The notes below the pieces were generated by a model. The model was not told the origin of the DNA. It was given only the letters and a program-made list of their open reading frames with translations, and did not search any database. The translations under genes and the position numbers were made by a program. A stretch of DNA of 64,000 bases from a virus (lineage: Duplodnaviria; Caudoviricetes): IMG/VR virus record IMGVR_UViG_3300035498_000732, positions 32,001 through 96,000 of that record; one strand, 5' to 3'. This document shows, piece after piece, positions 28,483-39,438 of this stretch (position 1 is its first letter; the number at the start of each line of letters is the position of its first letter).

Positions 28483-30972
28483 ATGTTTAATTTTACGCCT
28501 GATATGCTCTTAGAAAGTGAAATTACTATTCCTTCTATATCTCATTCTAAGCTTACTAATGAAAGTTATTTTTTGACAGCATTAGAGACTGTTCAAAGAA
28601 TCCAGGATGAGTATACCTCTGTTAAAAAGGAATTGTATGAGGGATTGATGAATGAATCATCTACTGATGATTTTAAACGTATATATTCTAAAGCATACGA
28701 AACATCGTTTCCTAGAAAGCAGGATATTACTGTGAAAGAATCTGAAGATTCTACTGAGTCTTTTATCAAGTATTTTTCAGATTCTATTAAAATCCTTAAT
28801 ACTGCTATAGGAAATATTTCTGGGGCTACTACTAGAATGGAGAATCAGATTCCTATTATTAATAAAGAATCTGCTCATATTATTGAAGCATGTGAAAAAG
28901 ATGCCAAGGATTGCCATTGCCCAATCTGCGGTAATTCTCCATGCACATGCAAAAATACTTCTGAAAAGCTTTTTAAATATGATACCAGTAGAGGTCTTCC
29001 AATTACTAGAATTGACTTTTCTTCAATGGAGAAAGTATGCTCTGGTATTGAATATGAAGATGTATACAAGAATATTACAGAAGAAGTCAATCTTGAATAT
29101 TCATTAAATAAATCTACTATGTGTGGATTAAATGAATCTGTTGAAGTATCTAGATCAAATTATGGCAGGGACATTTTAAATAGTTTTGGTTCATCTAAAA
29201 GATATAGTGTAAAAATTAATAAGAACTATATGGATTATTGCAATGAATCTGTATTAGGACTTAAAGAGCATGTATTATCTATAAAAGCTGAAGGTAAGAG
29301 AATTGCTAAATCTTTATCAGAAGCTGTAGATAGAATTGAAGCTGCAAAGAATGCCACTATCACAAATAGATACATCAGAGAAGATGGTACTGACTGCGAT
29401 TTAGATAATGATCAGGTGCAGAATCTTGATTTAGCTTGTAAGGCTAAAACTGATGAATGCATTAGCAAATGTAATGATGCTATCATGGCATTAGGTGCTA
29501 AGCTCGATATGCTGAATAGTGAGTTTAATCAATGCAAAGCAGTGATTGCTCAGTACTCATGTGGTCAGGATCAGCCTGTTGCATTACCTGAGCCAGAGGT
29601 TATTGATATTAGTCCTACTCCAACAGAGCCAACAGATAATGGTATTCCTGGAGCTATTCAAGAAGATCCAGATAGTGATGAGTTACCTCCAGAAGGAGAG
29701 TACGGGGATACAAGTGGAGAAGAGGATGATTTTGACTATGATGTAGATGATGATCGTCCATATTCAGAAGCATTAGAATTATTTGCTCTTGATACTATTA
29801 TTGGGGAGACCCAATTTGATGCATACATTAGAGACATTCTTAATGAATCATCTGATCTTTATATCACTGAAGGACTTATCTCTAGTGCTAAAGATGTTCT
29901 GAATAGAATCATGCAATTCTTGAAGAAGATCTGGGGTAAATTTACTAATTCCATGAATGCACTATTCGAAAATGATGTAAAGTATCTTGAAGAGAATAAG
30001 AATATTATTATTGGTAATACTCCTAAACGAGTAAAGATTGAGAATTGGTATGACTATAAGCTGGATAAGATCAACAATGCAGAGCTTAAAAATATCAACA
30101 ATAACTTTGTGGTTCTCCAATCAGCAAATGCAGCTGCGGTAGAATCCATGGCTACCAATAGTGTAGTTAAGAAATGTGGAGATCCGAAGAATGGAAAGAA
30201 TGATACATTTGCTACATATTTTAATGAGTATGAGAATACAAACTTTGCAAATACAGTAGATAAATTCAAATTCTACTTTAGAGAATCTCCAAAGACTCTT
30301 AATGCAAATACTCTTACACAGAAGCAAATGACTGCTATGTTTGATTATTGCTATTCATTTAAGGATAAAACTCTTAAGGTGTTAAAAGAAGAGATTAATT
30401 CAGTGAATGATATGCATGACAAAGCAAAGAACTCTCTTAATTTACTTGATGATCTTGTACCTGCAGAGGAAGAGAAGAAAGAAGGACAAAATGTAGAACA
30501 GAATAGTGCGAGAGTTGATTTTAGTAGCATTTATAATGACTATTTTGCTGAGGATATCGATATTACCAACAAAACAGCACCAGATAAAAATGTTACTACT
30601 AATGATTCTCCTACTAAAAATGCAGTCAATACTCAAGGCACAGATGATCAGGCTAAAGAAGTAGAAAAACGTAATAATGATGCTACACAAGATAATGTAA
30701 AAGCTAAAGGAATATCCAAGGATACCATCTCTATTATTAAGAATTACTATGATAATGTATTTGGTATGACTAAGGATTTTGTGTCTACTCGTCTTACTGT
30801 AGCAGAATCTGCTTACCGTGACTATATGAAATTATTCAGATGGCATGTTGGTGAGTATAAGGGTACCAAGGATAAGCAAGATTCCTCTGGTGATGTTGTT
30901 CAGCCTACCAATAATGGTGGTAAAAACAAAAACGAAGAGGATAATACAATTCCAGTTGAAGATGAGACGTAA
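28483..30972 (+). CDS. Internal head protein, two modules joined by an acidic linker
   Basis: Many L/I-x-ES motifs; second module YITE|G..NRIMQFLKKIW resembles the two upstream paralogs. Confidence 0.55.
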   Translation: MFNFTPDMLLESEITIPSISHSKLTNESYFLTALETVQRIQDEYTSVKKELYEGLMNESSTDDFKRIYSKAYETSFPRKQDITVKESEDSTESFIKYFSDSIKILNTAIGNISGATTRMENQIPIINKESAHIIEACEKDAKDCHCPICGNSPCTCKNTSEKLFKYDTSRGLPITRIDFSSMEKVCSGIEYEDVYKNITEEVNLEYSLNKSTMCGLNESVEVSRSNYGRDILNSFGSSKRYSVKINKNYMDYCNESVLGLKEHVLSIKAEGKRIAKSLSEAVDRIEAAKNATITNRYIREDGTDCDLDNDQVQNLDLACKAKTDECISKCNDAIMALGAKLDMLNSEFNQCKAVIAQYSCGQDQPVALPEPEVIDISPTPTEPTDNGIPGAIQEDPDSDELPPEGEYGDTSGEEDDFDYDVDDDRPYSEALELFALDTIIGETQFDAYIRDILNESSDLYITEGLISSAKDVLNRIMQFLKKIWGKFTNSMNALFENDVKYLEENKNIIIGNTPKRVKIENWYDYKLDKINNAELKNINNNFVVLQSANAAAVESMATNSVVKKCGDPKNGKNDTFATYFNEYENTNFANTVDKFKFYFRESPKTLNANTLTQKQMTAMFDYCYSFKDKTLKVLKEEINSVNDMHDKAKNSLNLLDDLVPAEEEKKEGQNVEQNSARVDFSSIYNDYFAEDIDITNKTAPDKNVTTNDSPTKNAVNTQGTDDQAKEVEKRNNDATQDNVKAKGISKDTISIIKNYYDNVFGMTKDFVSTRLTVAESAYRDYMKLFRWHVGEYKGTKDKQDSSGDVVQPTNNGGKNKNEEDNTIPVEDET

Positions 30973-30976
30973 TATT

Positions 30977-31011
30977 AAGTCCTAGGGGTGATCCCTAGGA
31001 CTTTTTTCTTT
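30977..31011. terminator. Bidirectional terminator
   Basis: aagtcctaggg / ccctaggactt plus T tract between convergent genes. Confidence 0.8.
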
Positions 31012-32196
31012 TTATAGATTCTTGAAATCCACCATTAATCTTAGATATAAAGAAACTGTTGGTACAAAGTCTCCATCTTGTACTTGATATACTACTTGTT
31101 TTCTACTTAATACATATCTTCCGTCATATGCACTATTAGCCTTATAATTGCTAATCATGTATATCTTATTTGGAGTAAAATATCTTCCATTTACCAGATT
31201 TTTGGTTACAGATACAGTAGTATTATACTTCATCATTTTGAATTTAATTCTACTTGTCGAATCTTTAGTACGTACATATGATGTTCTTCCCGTATCACTA
31301 CTCAAAGTTACATCTACAGTATTACCTTTCTTATCTACTCCAACTACATCAGAGGTTTGCTTTGTCAATTTCTTATCTTTATCAAATGTACTATAATCTG
31401 CATCGCAATGCATAATATACATTCCACTACTACCATCAATATATAGTCCAGGAGTTGCAGTATCTGCATCAGTAGTATTATCTATATTAATCTTTACAGT
31501 AGAATAATCTCCACTACCATCAGGAACGTACACATCTTTCTCATTCAAAAAATAAGTGCAATTGAAATCATTAAAGAATCTATATCCATATAGATATATT
31601 GGATATAATTCATCTACATATTTTAAGTATTGAGATACTGTAGTAAGCGGAGGCATTATTGTGACTGGTAATTTTCTGGCAGCTATCTTATTTATACATA
31701 ACTTGCTAAAGTGTTTTAATCCCAAATATACAAGAGTACTCTTATTTATTTCAGAGTATATATTGTCTTTGAAATTCTTTCTATTCTTATTCAATATACC
31801 ATCATATACTAATCCTATTGTAACCCTGTTATATGCAGATTCACTACCATTACTTTCTGAGGCATCAGCAATCAAATCTTCATCAAAATCTACAGAGTTA
31901 GGCATAAAGTAAGTAAACTGTTGCTTTATATCTACTACACCACTAGGATTACTTTCATTCATATTATAATTCTTTATCTCAAGATATAATTTAGAATTAC
32001 TATCTTCTGCATGCTTGATCATATTATTATATACGCTAGTCCTAAGATTTGCTGTAAGATATATCAATGGCATATTATTATTGTCATAATCATAGTCTAA
32101 TAAGACATTAGATATAGACTCTGTTTCTATATCTGTTTCACTTCCTTCATATACCCATTTACATGCAATCTTTGCTTTATACTGTACATTAACCAT
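31012..32196 (-). CDS. Putative virion structural protein (baseplate hub-like)
   Basis: GAGGAGG RBS; beta-rich with DYDxNNMP, YxxGYRFF and FTPNK..GRY motifs; assignment tentative. Confidence 0.45.
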   Translation of the reverse strand: MVNVQYKAKIACKWVYEGSETDIETESISNVLLDYDYDNNNMPLIYLTANLRTSVYNNMIKHAEDSNSKLYLEIKNYNMNESNPSGVVDIKQQFTYFMPNSVDFDEDLIADASESNGSESAYNRVTIGLVYDGILNKNRKNFKDNIYSEINKSTLVYLGLKHFSKLCINKIAARKLPVTIMPPLTTVSQYLKYVDELYPIYLYGYRFFNDFNCTYFLNEKDVYVPDGSGDYSTVKINIDNTTDADTATPGLYIDGSSGMYIMHCDADYSTFDKDKKLTKQTSDVVGVDKKGNTVDVTLSSDTGRTSYVRTKDSTSRIKFKMMKYNTTVSVTKNLVNGRYFTPNKIYMISNYKANSAYDGRYVLSRKQVVYQVQDGDFVPTVSLYLRLMVDFKNL

Positions 32197-32250
32197 ATAT
32201 GCTCCTCCTCTAAATTTTACAAAAAAGAAAGAGGCGCATAGCCTCTCTCT

Positions 32251-33255
32251 TTATCTTAACAGATCATCCAGCATCAAAGGATTGCCAGAGAAATAATAAT
32301 TATTGATATGTTTCAGACCCTCAATATCGTACTTCTTAGGAGAAGGATTTTTATTCTCAGCATATTCTGAAGAATTTAAATATAAAGTCCCTTGCCTAAT
32401 CAAATCTAATACCATAGATCTTATACTCACTTTATTTCTTTCGACTTCTGATAATGATATATGCTCTCCCAAATTATATGCATGAATAAATTTCCTATAA
32501 GACAAGATCTGAGGTATAGATCTTGCAGGAAATTTAGTATATGCAAATAACTCAGTTGGACCTAATCTGGGACTTGGCCTCTCGAAATTTCCAGATGCCA
32601 GTCCGCATTCTACTATCAGATTATCCATTATATTAGAACTATTACATATGAAACTACTATCAGTACCTTTGTACTTTCTAGGTCTTAACCATGTCACCCT
32701 GCATGTTGGATAATTGTATACAGTCATTCCACACATAGGATCCTTTGATAATATTATAGATGGTTTATTACTAAGTGTACAAATAGTGTCAATTATTGCA
32801 ACAGCCTCAAATGCTGTATTATAGTAATAAATGTCATCAAAGTATTCAACTAATGACTCCAGTATAGTGAGATTTTCATCAATCCACTCTGTATTTCCAG
32901 AAGCCATTTTGATAACAAAATCACTATTATATTCTGGATAAAATGTTTTATTATCCACAGGTACATTATTAGAATTTACTATATAGAAAGTAGCATGCAC
33001 TCCTATATTTCTAAAGTAATTCTTATAAAATGCCACCATGTCCAAAATCAGTGAGCATAATTCATACTCCTGTGGAATAACAAAGTTTTTGCCTAAGAGA
33101 CTATTCTTAATAGAGTATAAGTCTATAAAGAAATTAATCTCTGTAGCATTAGAGCCTGCATATGCTTGATGAATCAACTCAGATAATCTAGTAAGCTTTA
33201 TAAAATACTTACCTACTATCTGAGACACTTGTGGGTATTCATATTCTTTTCTCAT
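32251..33255 (-). CDS. Hypothetical protein, possibly PIN/5'-3' exonuclease-like fold
   Basis: FFIDL, FEA and IILSKD weakly echo FEN/T4 RNase H motifs; GGGAG RBS before ATG 33255. Confidence 0.35.
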   Translation of the reverse strand: MRKEYEYPQVSQIVGKYFIKLTRLSELIHQAYAGSNATEINFFIDLYSIKNSLLGKNFVIPQEYELCSLILDMVAFYKNYFRNIGVHATFYIVNSNNVPVDNKTFYPEYNSDFVIKMASGNTEWIDENLTILESLVEYFDDIYYYNTAFEAVAIIDTICTLSNKPSIILSKDPMCGMTVYNYPTCRVTWLRPRKYKGTDSSFICNSSNIMDNLIVECGLASGNFERPSPRLGPTELFAYTKFPARSIPQILSYRKFIHAYNLGEHISLSEVERNKVSIRSMVLDLIRQGTLYLNSSEYAENKNPSPKKYDIEGLKHINNYYFSGNPLMLDDLLR

Positions 33256-33256
33256 A

Positions 33257-33658
33257 CTAGTCTCCCAGCAGGATAGATCTAGGATCAAAGTAATCTCCAG
33301 ATGGATTATCATCATCAAAGAGAGTACTTACTGAGTCCTTAAAATCATCCCTATCTTTAATTATATTTAATACATCCTTTGTGTTACCATATCCTTCCTC
33401 TAATAAAACTTTAGTAAGTTCATGAGGACCTTCTTCTGTTAAGAAGCTAAAGCCTTTATCAGCTTGCTCCTTATTATCTCTAATATGCCATCTACGAAGT
33501 TCAAGCTTAGTTTTCCCTTCTTCAGGTTCTTCATCTTGTGGCACACCCCAAGCTACTCTTCTCATAGCCAGGAACGTAGAACCCTTTTCATCAAATACTT
33601 TATCACTGCCTTCTAAAACATGATATTCAAATTTCTTATCAGGATCGAATTTACCCAT
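33257..33658 (-). CDS. PC4/YdbC-like ssDNA-binding protein
   Basis: RRVAW..KLELRRW..KGFSFLTEE fits the PC4/YdbC pattern; GAGGAGG RBS before ATG 33658. Confidence 0.6.
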   Translation of the reverse strand: MGKFDPDKKFEYHVLEGSDKVFDEKGSTFLAMRRVAWGVPQDEEPEEGKTKLELRRWHIRDNKEQADKGFSFLTEEGPHELTKVLLEEGYGNTKDVLNIIKDRDDFKDSVSTLFDDDNPSGDYFDPRSILLGD

Positions 33659-33671
33659 TATCTTTACCTCC

Positions 33672-33941
33672 TCATACATCTTTACTTTTTCTTCTATTTA
33701 CTTTAACAAACTTTTTACGTTCTTTCCTAAACTTAGGAGAATACTTTAACAATATGTCATATACTGCTTCTGTATTCACCTGCTCAGTGCATACTGGATC
33801 GCTTACATAATAATCCTCTCCAAGTAAATAATCCATTAGCATATTTACTGCAACTTGTCCATTCATCGGTGGGCAAAATATATTATTTGGATCATCATTC
33901 TTAATTAACCAATCATAAAATTTGCCTATAGGTGTATCCAT
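33672..33941 (-). CDS. Hypothetical protein
   Basis: AGGAG RBS, operonic. Confidence 0.6.
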   Translation of the reverse strand: MDTPIGKFYDWLIKNDDPNNIFCPPMNGQVAVNMLMDYLLGEDYYVSDPVCTEQVNTEAVYDILLKYSPKFRKERKKFVKVNRRKSKDV

Positions 33942-34015
33942 ATTATAACTCCTTTTCTTTCATGTTTCAGCGAAATAAAAAAGAGAGGGCTTACACCCTC
34001 TCTTATTTTTTTTTC

Positions 34016-34729
34016 TTATGCCTGAACGCAGTTATACTGGCCAAGACTTACATAACCAACCTCATTGCACAATTCCTGCACAGATGCATCGGTCATCATC
34101 TCTAACTGAAGAGTCCAGTTGTTCGGTCTAACCATCTGGGTATTTACTACTGGCTGCATAATGATTCCATTATAATAGATCTTAGATCCATCATCATTCT
34201 TAGCTCCGAAGATCAACTCCATGCACTTATTGAAGTCAACTCCATAAATCACACAGTGACCTTCCTGGAACATCCCATTACGCTCATACACTTCGCTAGT
34301 AACTTTATCCCACTGGATCTTCTTTGTGTCACGTACCTGGAACAGATTCTCGAATACATCAATTGCATCCTGACTGATCTGCCATTTACGTCCATTGTTT
34401 AATTCAGAATAGATATTCTGAACCCTTTCAGCAATACTGCCAGATCCACGCTTGGATTCAACTGAGTCAAATCCATATGCTACATCTTCATCATCAGAAT
34501 GTGGAACCTGATTAAATGAAAATGTTACTGCTAAGCCCTGTCCATTCGGCATAGGCTCAATGTAGCATCCGCGATAATCTGCGAATGCAGGCTTGATGCG
34601 CTCATTCAACATCTTAGCCAAATTGTGTGTTGTGACAACACGGATTGTCTTTGTACCATTGAATGGCTCAAATTCTGTTACATCCAATGAATACTTCTCT
34701 CTTGTTTCTTTCTTTTCTTTCTCGCTCAT
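34016..34729 (-). CDS. Hypothetical early protein with highly expressed codon bias
   Basis: AGGAGG RBS before ATG 34729; TATATTAT promoter motif at 34805-34812; own terminator ~33982-34003. Confidence 0.65.
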   Translation of the reverse strand: MSEKEKKETREKYSLDVTEFEPFNGTKTIRVVTTHNLAKMLNERIKPAFADYRGCYIEPMPNGQGLAVTFSFNQVPHSDDEDVAYGFDSVESKRGSGSIAERVQNIYSELNNGRKWQISQDAIDVFENLFQVRDTKKIQWDKVTSEVYERNGMFQEGHCVIYGVDFNKCMELIFGAKNDDGSKIYYNGIIMQPVVNTQMVRPNNWTLQLEMMTDASVQELCNEVGYVSLGQYNCVQA

Positions 34730-34830
34730 TTTTGGCGCCTCCTTAAATGAATAATTTTTGTATAATAACTGATTCATGTACACTCGTCAGCTATCATCAA
34801 GATTATAATATATGCCTATATTTATTTTTG

Positions 34831-35832
34831 CTAGGCATATTTTGATGTATCATGAGCAAGCGCTACACCATTCATTTGATTCATCATCTTAGCAGCATCT
34901 TCACTCTCTACAAATTCTCCCTCTTTCAAATATCCAATAATATACATCTTATTTGATGGAGTTTTCACGATCATATAATCAGATTTAATAGAATCTAAAT
35001 CTATATCTTTCCCATATGGTACTACAATTGTATCAGTTATATTCTCTCTAATTATCATCATAATTGCTAAAGCACAATCTCTATCCAATTTAGTCTGCTC
35101 TTTATCTGCATATGATAATTCTATAGATAATGGGAATATATTAAAGCACACATTGAAATCGTACATGAAATTATTCTGTACTAATAATGTCTTTACATCT
35201 GGGCAATATCCAAAGATTAATTTATGGTTAGGATCGTTAATTCTTTTCAATTCTGTTTGCCCTAATCCAAATAAAGCATTATCAAATCTCTTCAGTTTAG
35301 CCATGCTCAATATTGTGTCAAGATCATCATCCATATATACATTTACACCAGTAGAATATTGAACTCCATTACATGCAGTCATTATAGAGTAATCCATACC
35401 TTCAATAATAGTATCAATGGATACACAACATCCAGCATATAATTGCGTTGGATAGGGATTATTATACTCATAAAATATATCATTTACATTCTGCCTGCAT
35501 ACACAATATGGAACATTATTACCATTTTCCAAATCAGATCGTCTATGCAATGTAACTATCACATCATCCATAAGAGATCCAGCACCATTATCTACAGATA
35601 CTAATGAGAATATTACTAACCCATCAGCTCTAAGCATTCTATAATTATCAAGAATGTAATTTGGATTTACTTTATCTTCTCTTCCATCATCATATTTAAT
35701 TTTAACGGTCTCTATATTTTGTACTCCTGTGATTCTAATAAGCTCCAATTTATCATCATCAATATATCTATAGAATTTACATCCTATAAGAGATAATACA
35801 TCTTTATTTGTTAATGCCTTCTTCATAACCAT
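34831..35832 (-). CDS. Hypothetical protein
   Basis: 333-aa ORF with AGGAGG RBS. Confidence 0.65.
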   Translation of the reverse strand: MVMKKALTNKDVLSLIGCKFYRYIDDDKLELIRITGVQNIETVKIKYDDGREDKVNPNYILDNYRMLRADGLVIFSLVSVDNGAGSLMDDVIVTLHRRSDLENGNNVPYCVCRQNVNDIFYEYNNPYPTQLYAGCCVSIDTIIEGMDYSIMTACNGVQYSTGVNVYMDDDLDTILSMAKLKRFDNALFGLGQTELKRINDPNHKLIFGYCPDVKTLLVQNNFMYDFNVCFNIFPLSIELSYADKEQTKLDRDCALAIMMIIRENITDTIVVPYGKDIDLDSIKSDYMIVKTPSNKMYIIGYLKEGEFVESEDAAKMMNQMNGVALAHDTSKYA

Positions 35833-36130
35833 TTACCTCCTTTATTAGACTAACTATCTTTTCCCTTATTGCAACGTCTAAATCTTCCTCGGAAATATCA
35901 TGTAAAGTTACTATAGTACATATTCCAAGTAATGAATCTGCTATATACTCTATCAGTATCTCCGGAGAATATTCTGTAGTAACTCCAGAATATCCATTAG
36001 CTATTTCTCCAGCTAATCTTGTTAATATATTCATTGCATTCAATACAATTTCTTTTTCTGTTTTATTTTTATCTCTTTCTTTTATAATACCTTTAATCTC
36101 TTCAATACTATAATATTTAAATACGTCCAT
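35804..36130 (-). CDS. Hypothetical protein, degenerate MazG-like helical fold possible
   Basis: LIEYIAD..I..LHDIS..DLD.AI.EK resembles the C-terminal half of MazG-like NTP pyrophosphatases; early motif at 36215-36222. Confidence 0.35.
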   Translation of the reverse strand: MDVFKYYSIEEIKGIIKERDKNKTEKEIVLNAMNILTRLAGEIANGYSGVTTEYSPEILIEYIADSLLGICTIVTLHDISEEDLDVAIREKIVSLIKEVNGYEEGINK

Positions 36131-36237
36131 AAAATCATTCTCCTTTCATCTATCTCTCAGTTCCTTTATTAGTGAAAAACTATGAGAGGCTTGCTCTAAG
36201 CCTCCCATACTTGTATAATATACGACCACAAAAAATA

Positions 36238-37854
36238 TTACAAAGCAATTTGCTTTATCAGGCTGCCTAATCCCTTAAGGGTAGACCTTTTTATTGTTGT
36301 AGAGCCATCATAATATTCTGATTCTTTATAGTATTTAGAGAAATTAAAATCAGGATCTGATTTCTGTACCTTCTTCATATACTTAGAGAAATCATTTAAT
36401 ACTCTAGATCTAAGCTTATAATATTTATCTTTTACTTCTTTAGTATCCTTTTTCTTACAAGCTTGAATCTTATGCTCCAACTTACAATTTATCCACCATA
36501 GCTTACACAATTCATCTTTAATAGCATCATCATTATCTAAGCTTTTTAATAGAGTATGAATCTCTTGGTATTTAACCTCATAATTCTTATATACTTTAAT
36601 TGTGAGATCGCCATTATCATCAATCTCTATTGGAACAGTATCTTCATGACAAATACTAGAAGCTTTTAATGATTTATCTATTACTTCATATATAGCTAAT
36701 ACTACAGGATCATTATACTTCTTCAAAGCAGCTTCATATACAGTAGATGTTGCAGGGATAGCATTCTTCTGTAATCTGTTTACCATAGCTTGAATCTTCT
36801 TTGGTTTATAATCTTTTGCTAATCCTTCATATACTTTATATACTGTAGGATTCTTAACCTGAGATATATTAGCTGGAGTAACAAGATTACTAGGCTTATT
36901 GGTTATATCAATATTGATAAACTTCAGCATTGAATCTACAAATTGAGAGCAAATCATACTTAAGTCATGATTATTATTTCTTGTTCTATTTGCCACTACA
37001 TTGAATAAATTGCTTACAGAGTAAGTAGCATTTTTCCAATTTGCAATATACCAATCCAGATTACCCCTGAGCTTATCATATTGTCTCTTTGGTAAGAATA
37101 CAACTTGTACAAAGATCTTTGCTGCTGGAGAATCTTTTAAGTAACCGGTGATGGATTCAAATGATAATCCACCTCTTGCTTTTGCATTCATATTATAAGA
37201 ATATAATCTCTCTAAGCTAGCATCAAATCCAATAGCACTATGAGAATATTCAGATGAAGTTACACTAGTAATCAATTTTCCAAATGTAGTATAAGTGAAT
37301 GTGCAAATTAAATATACAGGTTGGAGTAATTCACCTGATTCATTTACTATGCTAATATTCTCTTCACGTATATTAGCAGTAGTCTCAGTAAGATCAATCA
37401 TATTGCATGAATGCTCACGCACATAGCTCCAAAGATTTTCTCTAGCAGCTACAAATGATTCTGTAGTTGGCTCTATTCCAGCAGGCCATCCTATTTTAAG
37501 TAAAGCTTTTTTATTTTCATCAGATTCATTTGCTATATACTTAGCATATGTTTCTCTGACTAATCTTCCATATGAATCTCCAGCACCAATCATACAAGTT
37601 CTGCTATAATTATCAAGCCATTCTTTCTCATTATCATTCATGTCATCTACTACACCAGTCTGATATATTTCATCTGGATTAAATAATGGCACATGATTAG
37701 GGAGTTCATCTTTAGTCATCGTTATATCATTCTTGACAGCATCTAAGGAAGATTTAAAAACCTCTTCAGCATTTACACTTTCAAGAATTGTATTGGAATC
37801 TAAATTGCTCTGATATATCTTGAGCAGATTAGACATTGATTTTATTGTATCCAT
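36238..37854 (-). CDS. Virion protein with permuted papain-like (YiiX/YebB-type NlpC/P60) domain
   Basis: YSHSAI followed about 95 aa later by MICSQFV (His before Cys); ILES, VNES and VYEA motifs. Confidence 0.65.
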   Translation of the reverse strand: MDTIKSMSNLLKIYQSNLDSNTILESVNAEEVFKSSLDAVKNDITMTKDELPNHVPLFNPDEIYQTGVVDDMNDNEKEWLDNYSRTCMIGAGDSYGRLVRETYAKYIANESDENKKALLKIGWPAGIEPTTESFVAARENLWSYVREHSCNMIDLTETTANIREENISIVNESGELLQPVYLICTFTYTTFGKLITSVTSSEYSHSAIGFDASLERLYSYNMNAKARGGLSFESITGYLKDSPAAKIFVQVVFLPKRQYDKLRGNLDWYIANWKNATYSVSNLFNVVANRTRNNNHDLSMICSQFVDSMLKFINIDITNKPSNLVTPANISQVKNPTVYKVYEGLAKDYKPKKIQAMVNRLQKNAIPATSTVYEAALKKYNDPVVLAIYEVIDKSLKASSICHEDTVPIEIDDNGDLTIKVYKNYEVKYQEIHTLLKSLDNDDAIKDELCKLWWINCKLEHKIQACKKKDTKEVKDKYYKLRSRVLNDFSKYMKKVQKSDPDFNFSKYYKESEYYDGSTTIKRSTLKGLGSLIKQIAL

Positions 37855-37860
37855 TGTCTA

Positions 37861-38061
37861 TCAAGCTCCTTTATTTTTATCTTCATAATCCTCTGCATTC
37901 TTTCGAATTTGATGGATTATCCAAGCTAAATCTACTAATAGATTTAATCCATATATAGCACCATATATTAATACAAATAATTTGATCAATGGTGTTACAT
38001 ATGTAAATACGAGTTCAAATGCTGCAATATATCTTTCAGTAAAGGTCTCCAAAAGTATCAT
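37861..38061 (-). CDS. Small membrane protein
   Basis: Hydrophobic core, AGGAGG RBS. Confidence 0.55.
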   Translation of the reverse strand: MILLETFTERYIAAFELVFTYVTPLIKLFVLIYGAIYGLNLLVDLAWIIHQIRKNAEDYEDKNKGA

Positions 38062-38064
38062 ATA

Positions 38065-39303
38065 CTACACCTCCTTTAAGAGATCTAATTGCTCTTGTAA
38101 TTTATCAAGAGTATTCATCTGGTCACCTAACAGCTCTGACTTTACCTCCTTATCTGTTTTATCCATCTCTCCCCATATATCTGTAGCAGCAGATAATTTA
38201 GGATCTACTGCTAATTGAGAGAAACTAACGAAATCATTACCAGTAAATGCTTTATATATTGATTCATTATCAAATATTCCATTGGAGAATAATGATTTAT
38301 CCACACAATTCTTAGATGGATAATATAATGAATAATTGCAATCTTTTAATAAGTCTGAACCATTCTCTACTCCACATTCTGTATAGATATCTTGTAATAA
38401 GATATCTTTAGCCACATATAATCTTTCTTCTAAGGTTATATTATTCTGACAATGCACTAGTACTGGTTTATCTTCACAACTTATCGGCATCATAGTCTCA
38501 TTCACCCTGAAAATCTTATTTCCTTTCTCATAAGTATCATCGACTAATTGCATCTTTAACTCAGCAAGTACTTCTAATAATTGGTCGAATTGATTATTAG
38601 TTACTCTTACATAATTAAATTCGCCATCTTCTTTTATTCTATTTTCTTTAGCAATCTGTTTCTCTCTGTATGATTCCATTGGTCGGTTATTTGGGTTATT
38701 ACCACCATCTTTAATCTCAATAATAAGATTATATGGAATAATCATCATGTCACTTATATAGTGCAAAGTTTGCCCATTATATTCATATGGAATAATTGGA
38801 CCAGGGCACATAATATCATTAGGAGAATAGCCCATTACTCTATCAAGAAACTCTAATATATTTCTCTCGTACTTTCCTGTATAAGTATATCTATGTCCTT
38901 TGAAGTTATATGTGCCAGAGATACTTCTATTTGCCAGCATCTTCTCTTGAAATTCTGGATCTGCTGCCAAATTCCAAGTGCCATACTTAGCCTCTTTTCT
39001 AGAGTTTACCATTTCAATATATCTTTCTTTGCACTTAGGATCTTTTGTAAGTCTATCATACCTGCAGGTCTTCTCATTCCAATCAGTTTCTCTTCCACAA
39101 CCACATACACAGGTTCCATGGTCTTTCTTATTGATATAATTAAATAATACTCTTGCTGCAGAGTATCCTTGAGGAATCATATCTTGATGGTATTTATCAA
39201 TATGAGCTACAAGATTATCCTTAGTATCATGATTGCCACAATATGGACATTTATACCTTTTCTTGCTTTTAGAAACAGCCTCGTTAAGAATATATTTTGA
39301 CAT
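38065..39303 (-). CDS. Zn-finger plus PD-(D/E)xK (TnsA/T4 gp4-like) endonuclease
   Basis: CPYC..H..H finger, CVCGC, and YE..IPY..HYISD..IIEIK nuclease motifs; late promoter 39324-39337. Confidence 0.7.
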   Translation of the reverse strand: MSKYILNEAVSKSKKRYKCPYCGNHDTKDNLVAHIDKYHQDMIPQGYSAARVLFNYINKKDHGTCVCGCGRETDWNEKTCRYDRLTKDPKCKERYIEMVNSRKEAKYGTWNLAADPEFQEKMLANRSISGTYNFKGHRYTYTGKYERNILEFLDRVMGYSPNDIMCPGPIIPYEYNGQTLHYISDMMIIPYNLIIEIKDGGNNPNNRPMESYREKQIAKENRIKEDGEFNYVRVTNNQFDQLLEVLAELKMQLVDDTYEKGNKIFRVNETMMPISCEDKPVLVHCQNNITLEERLYVAKDILLQDIYTECGVENGSDLLKDCNYSLYYPSKNCVDKSLFSNGIFDNESIYKAFTGNDFVSFSQLAVDPKLSAATDIWGEMDKTDKEVKSELLGDQMNTLDKLQEQLDLLKEV

Positions 39304-39438
39304 ATTTCAGTACCCCCTATAGAATTATCTATAAGTTCACTCAGGGTAAACAATCCTATAATTAACACAGGTTTCAGGTAATTACGAATATTTTTCTAAT
39401 AAGCGAAACAAATAATATAATTTAGGAGGGTAAGTACT

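Noticed and set aside
38065-39303. Homing endonuclease serving the ORF-less intron, or a transposase
   Set aside because: About 11 kb from the intron, under a late promoter among structural genes, no terminal repeats; more consistent with a core head-associated nuclease
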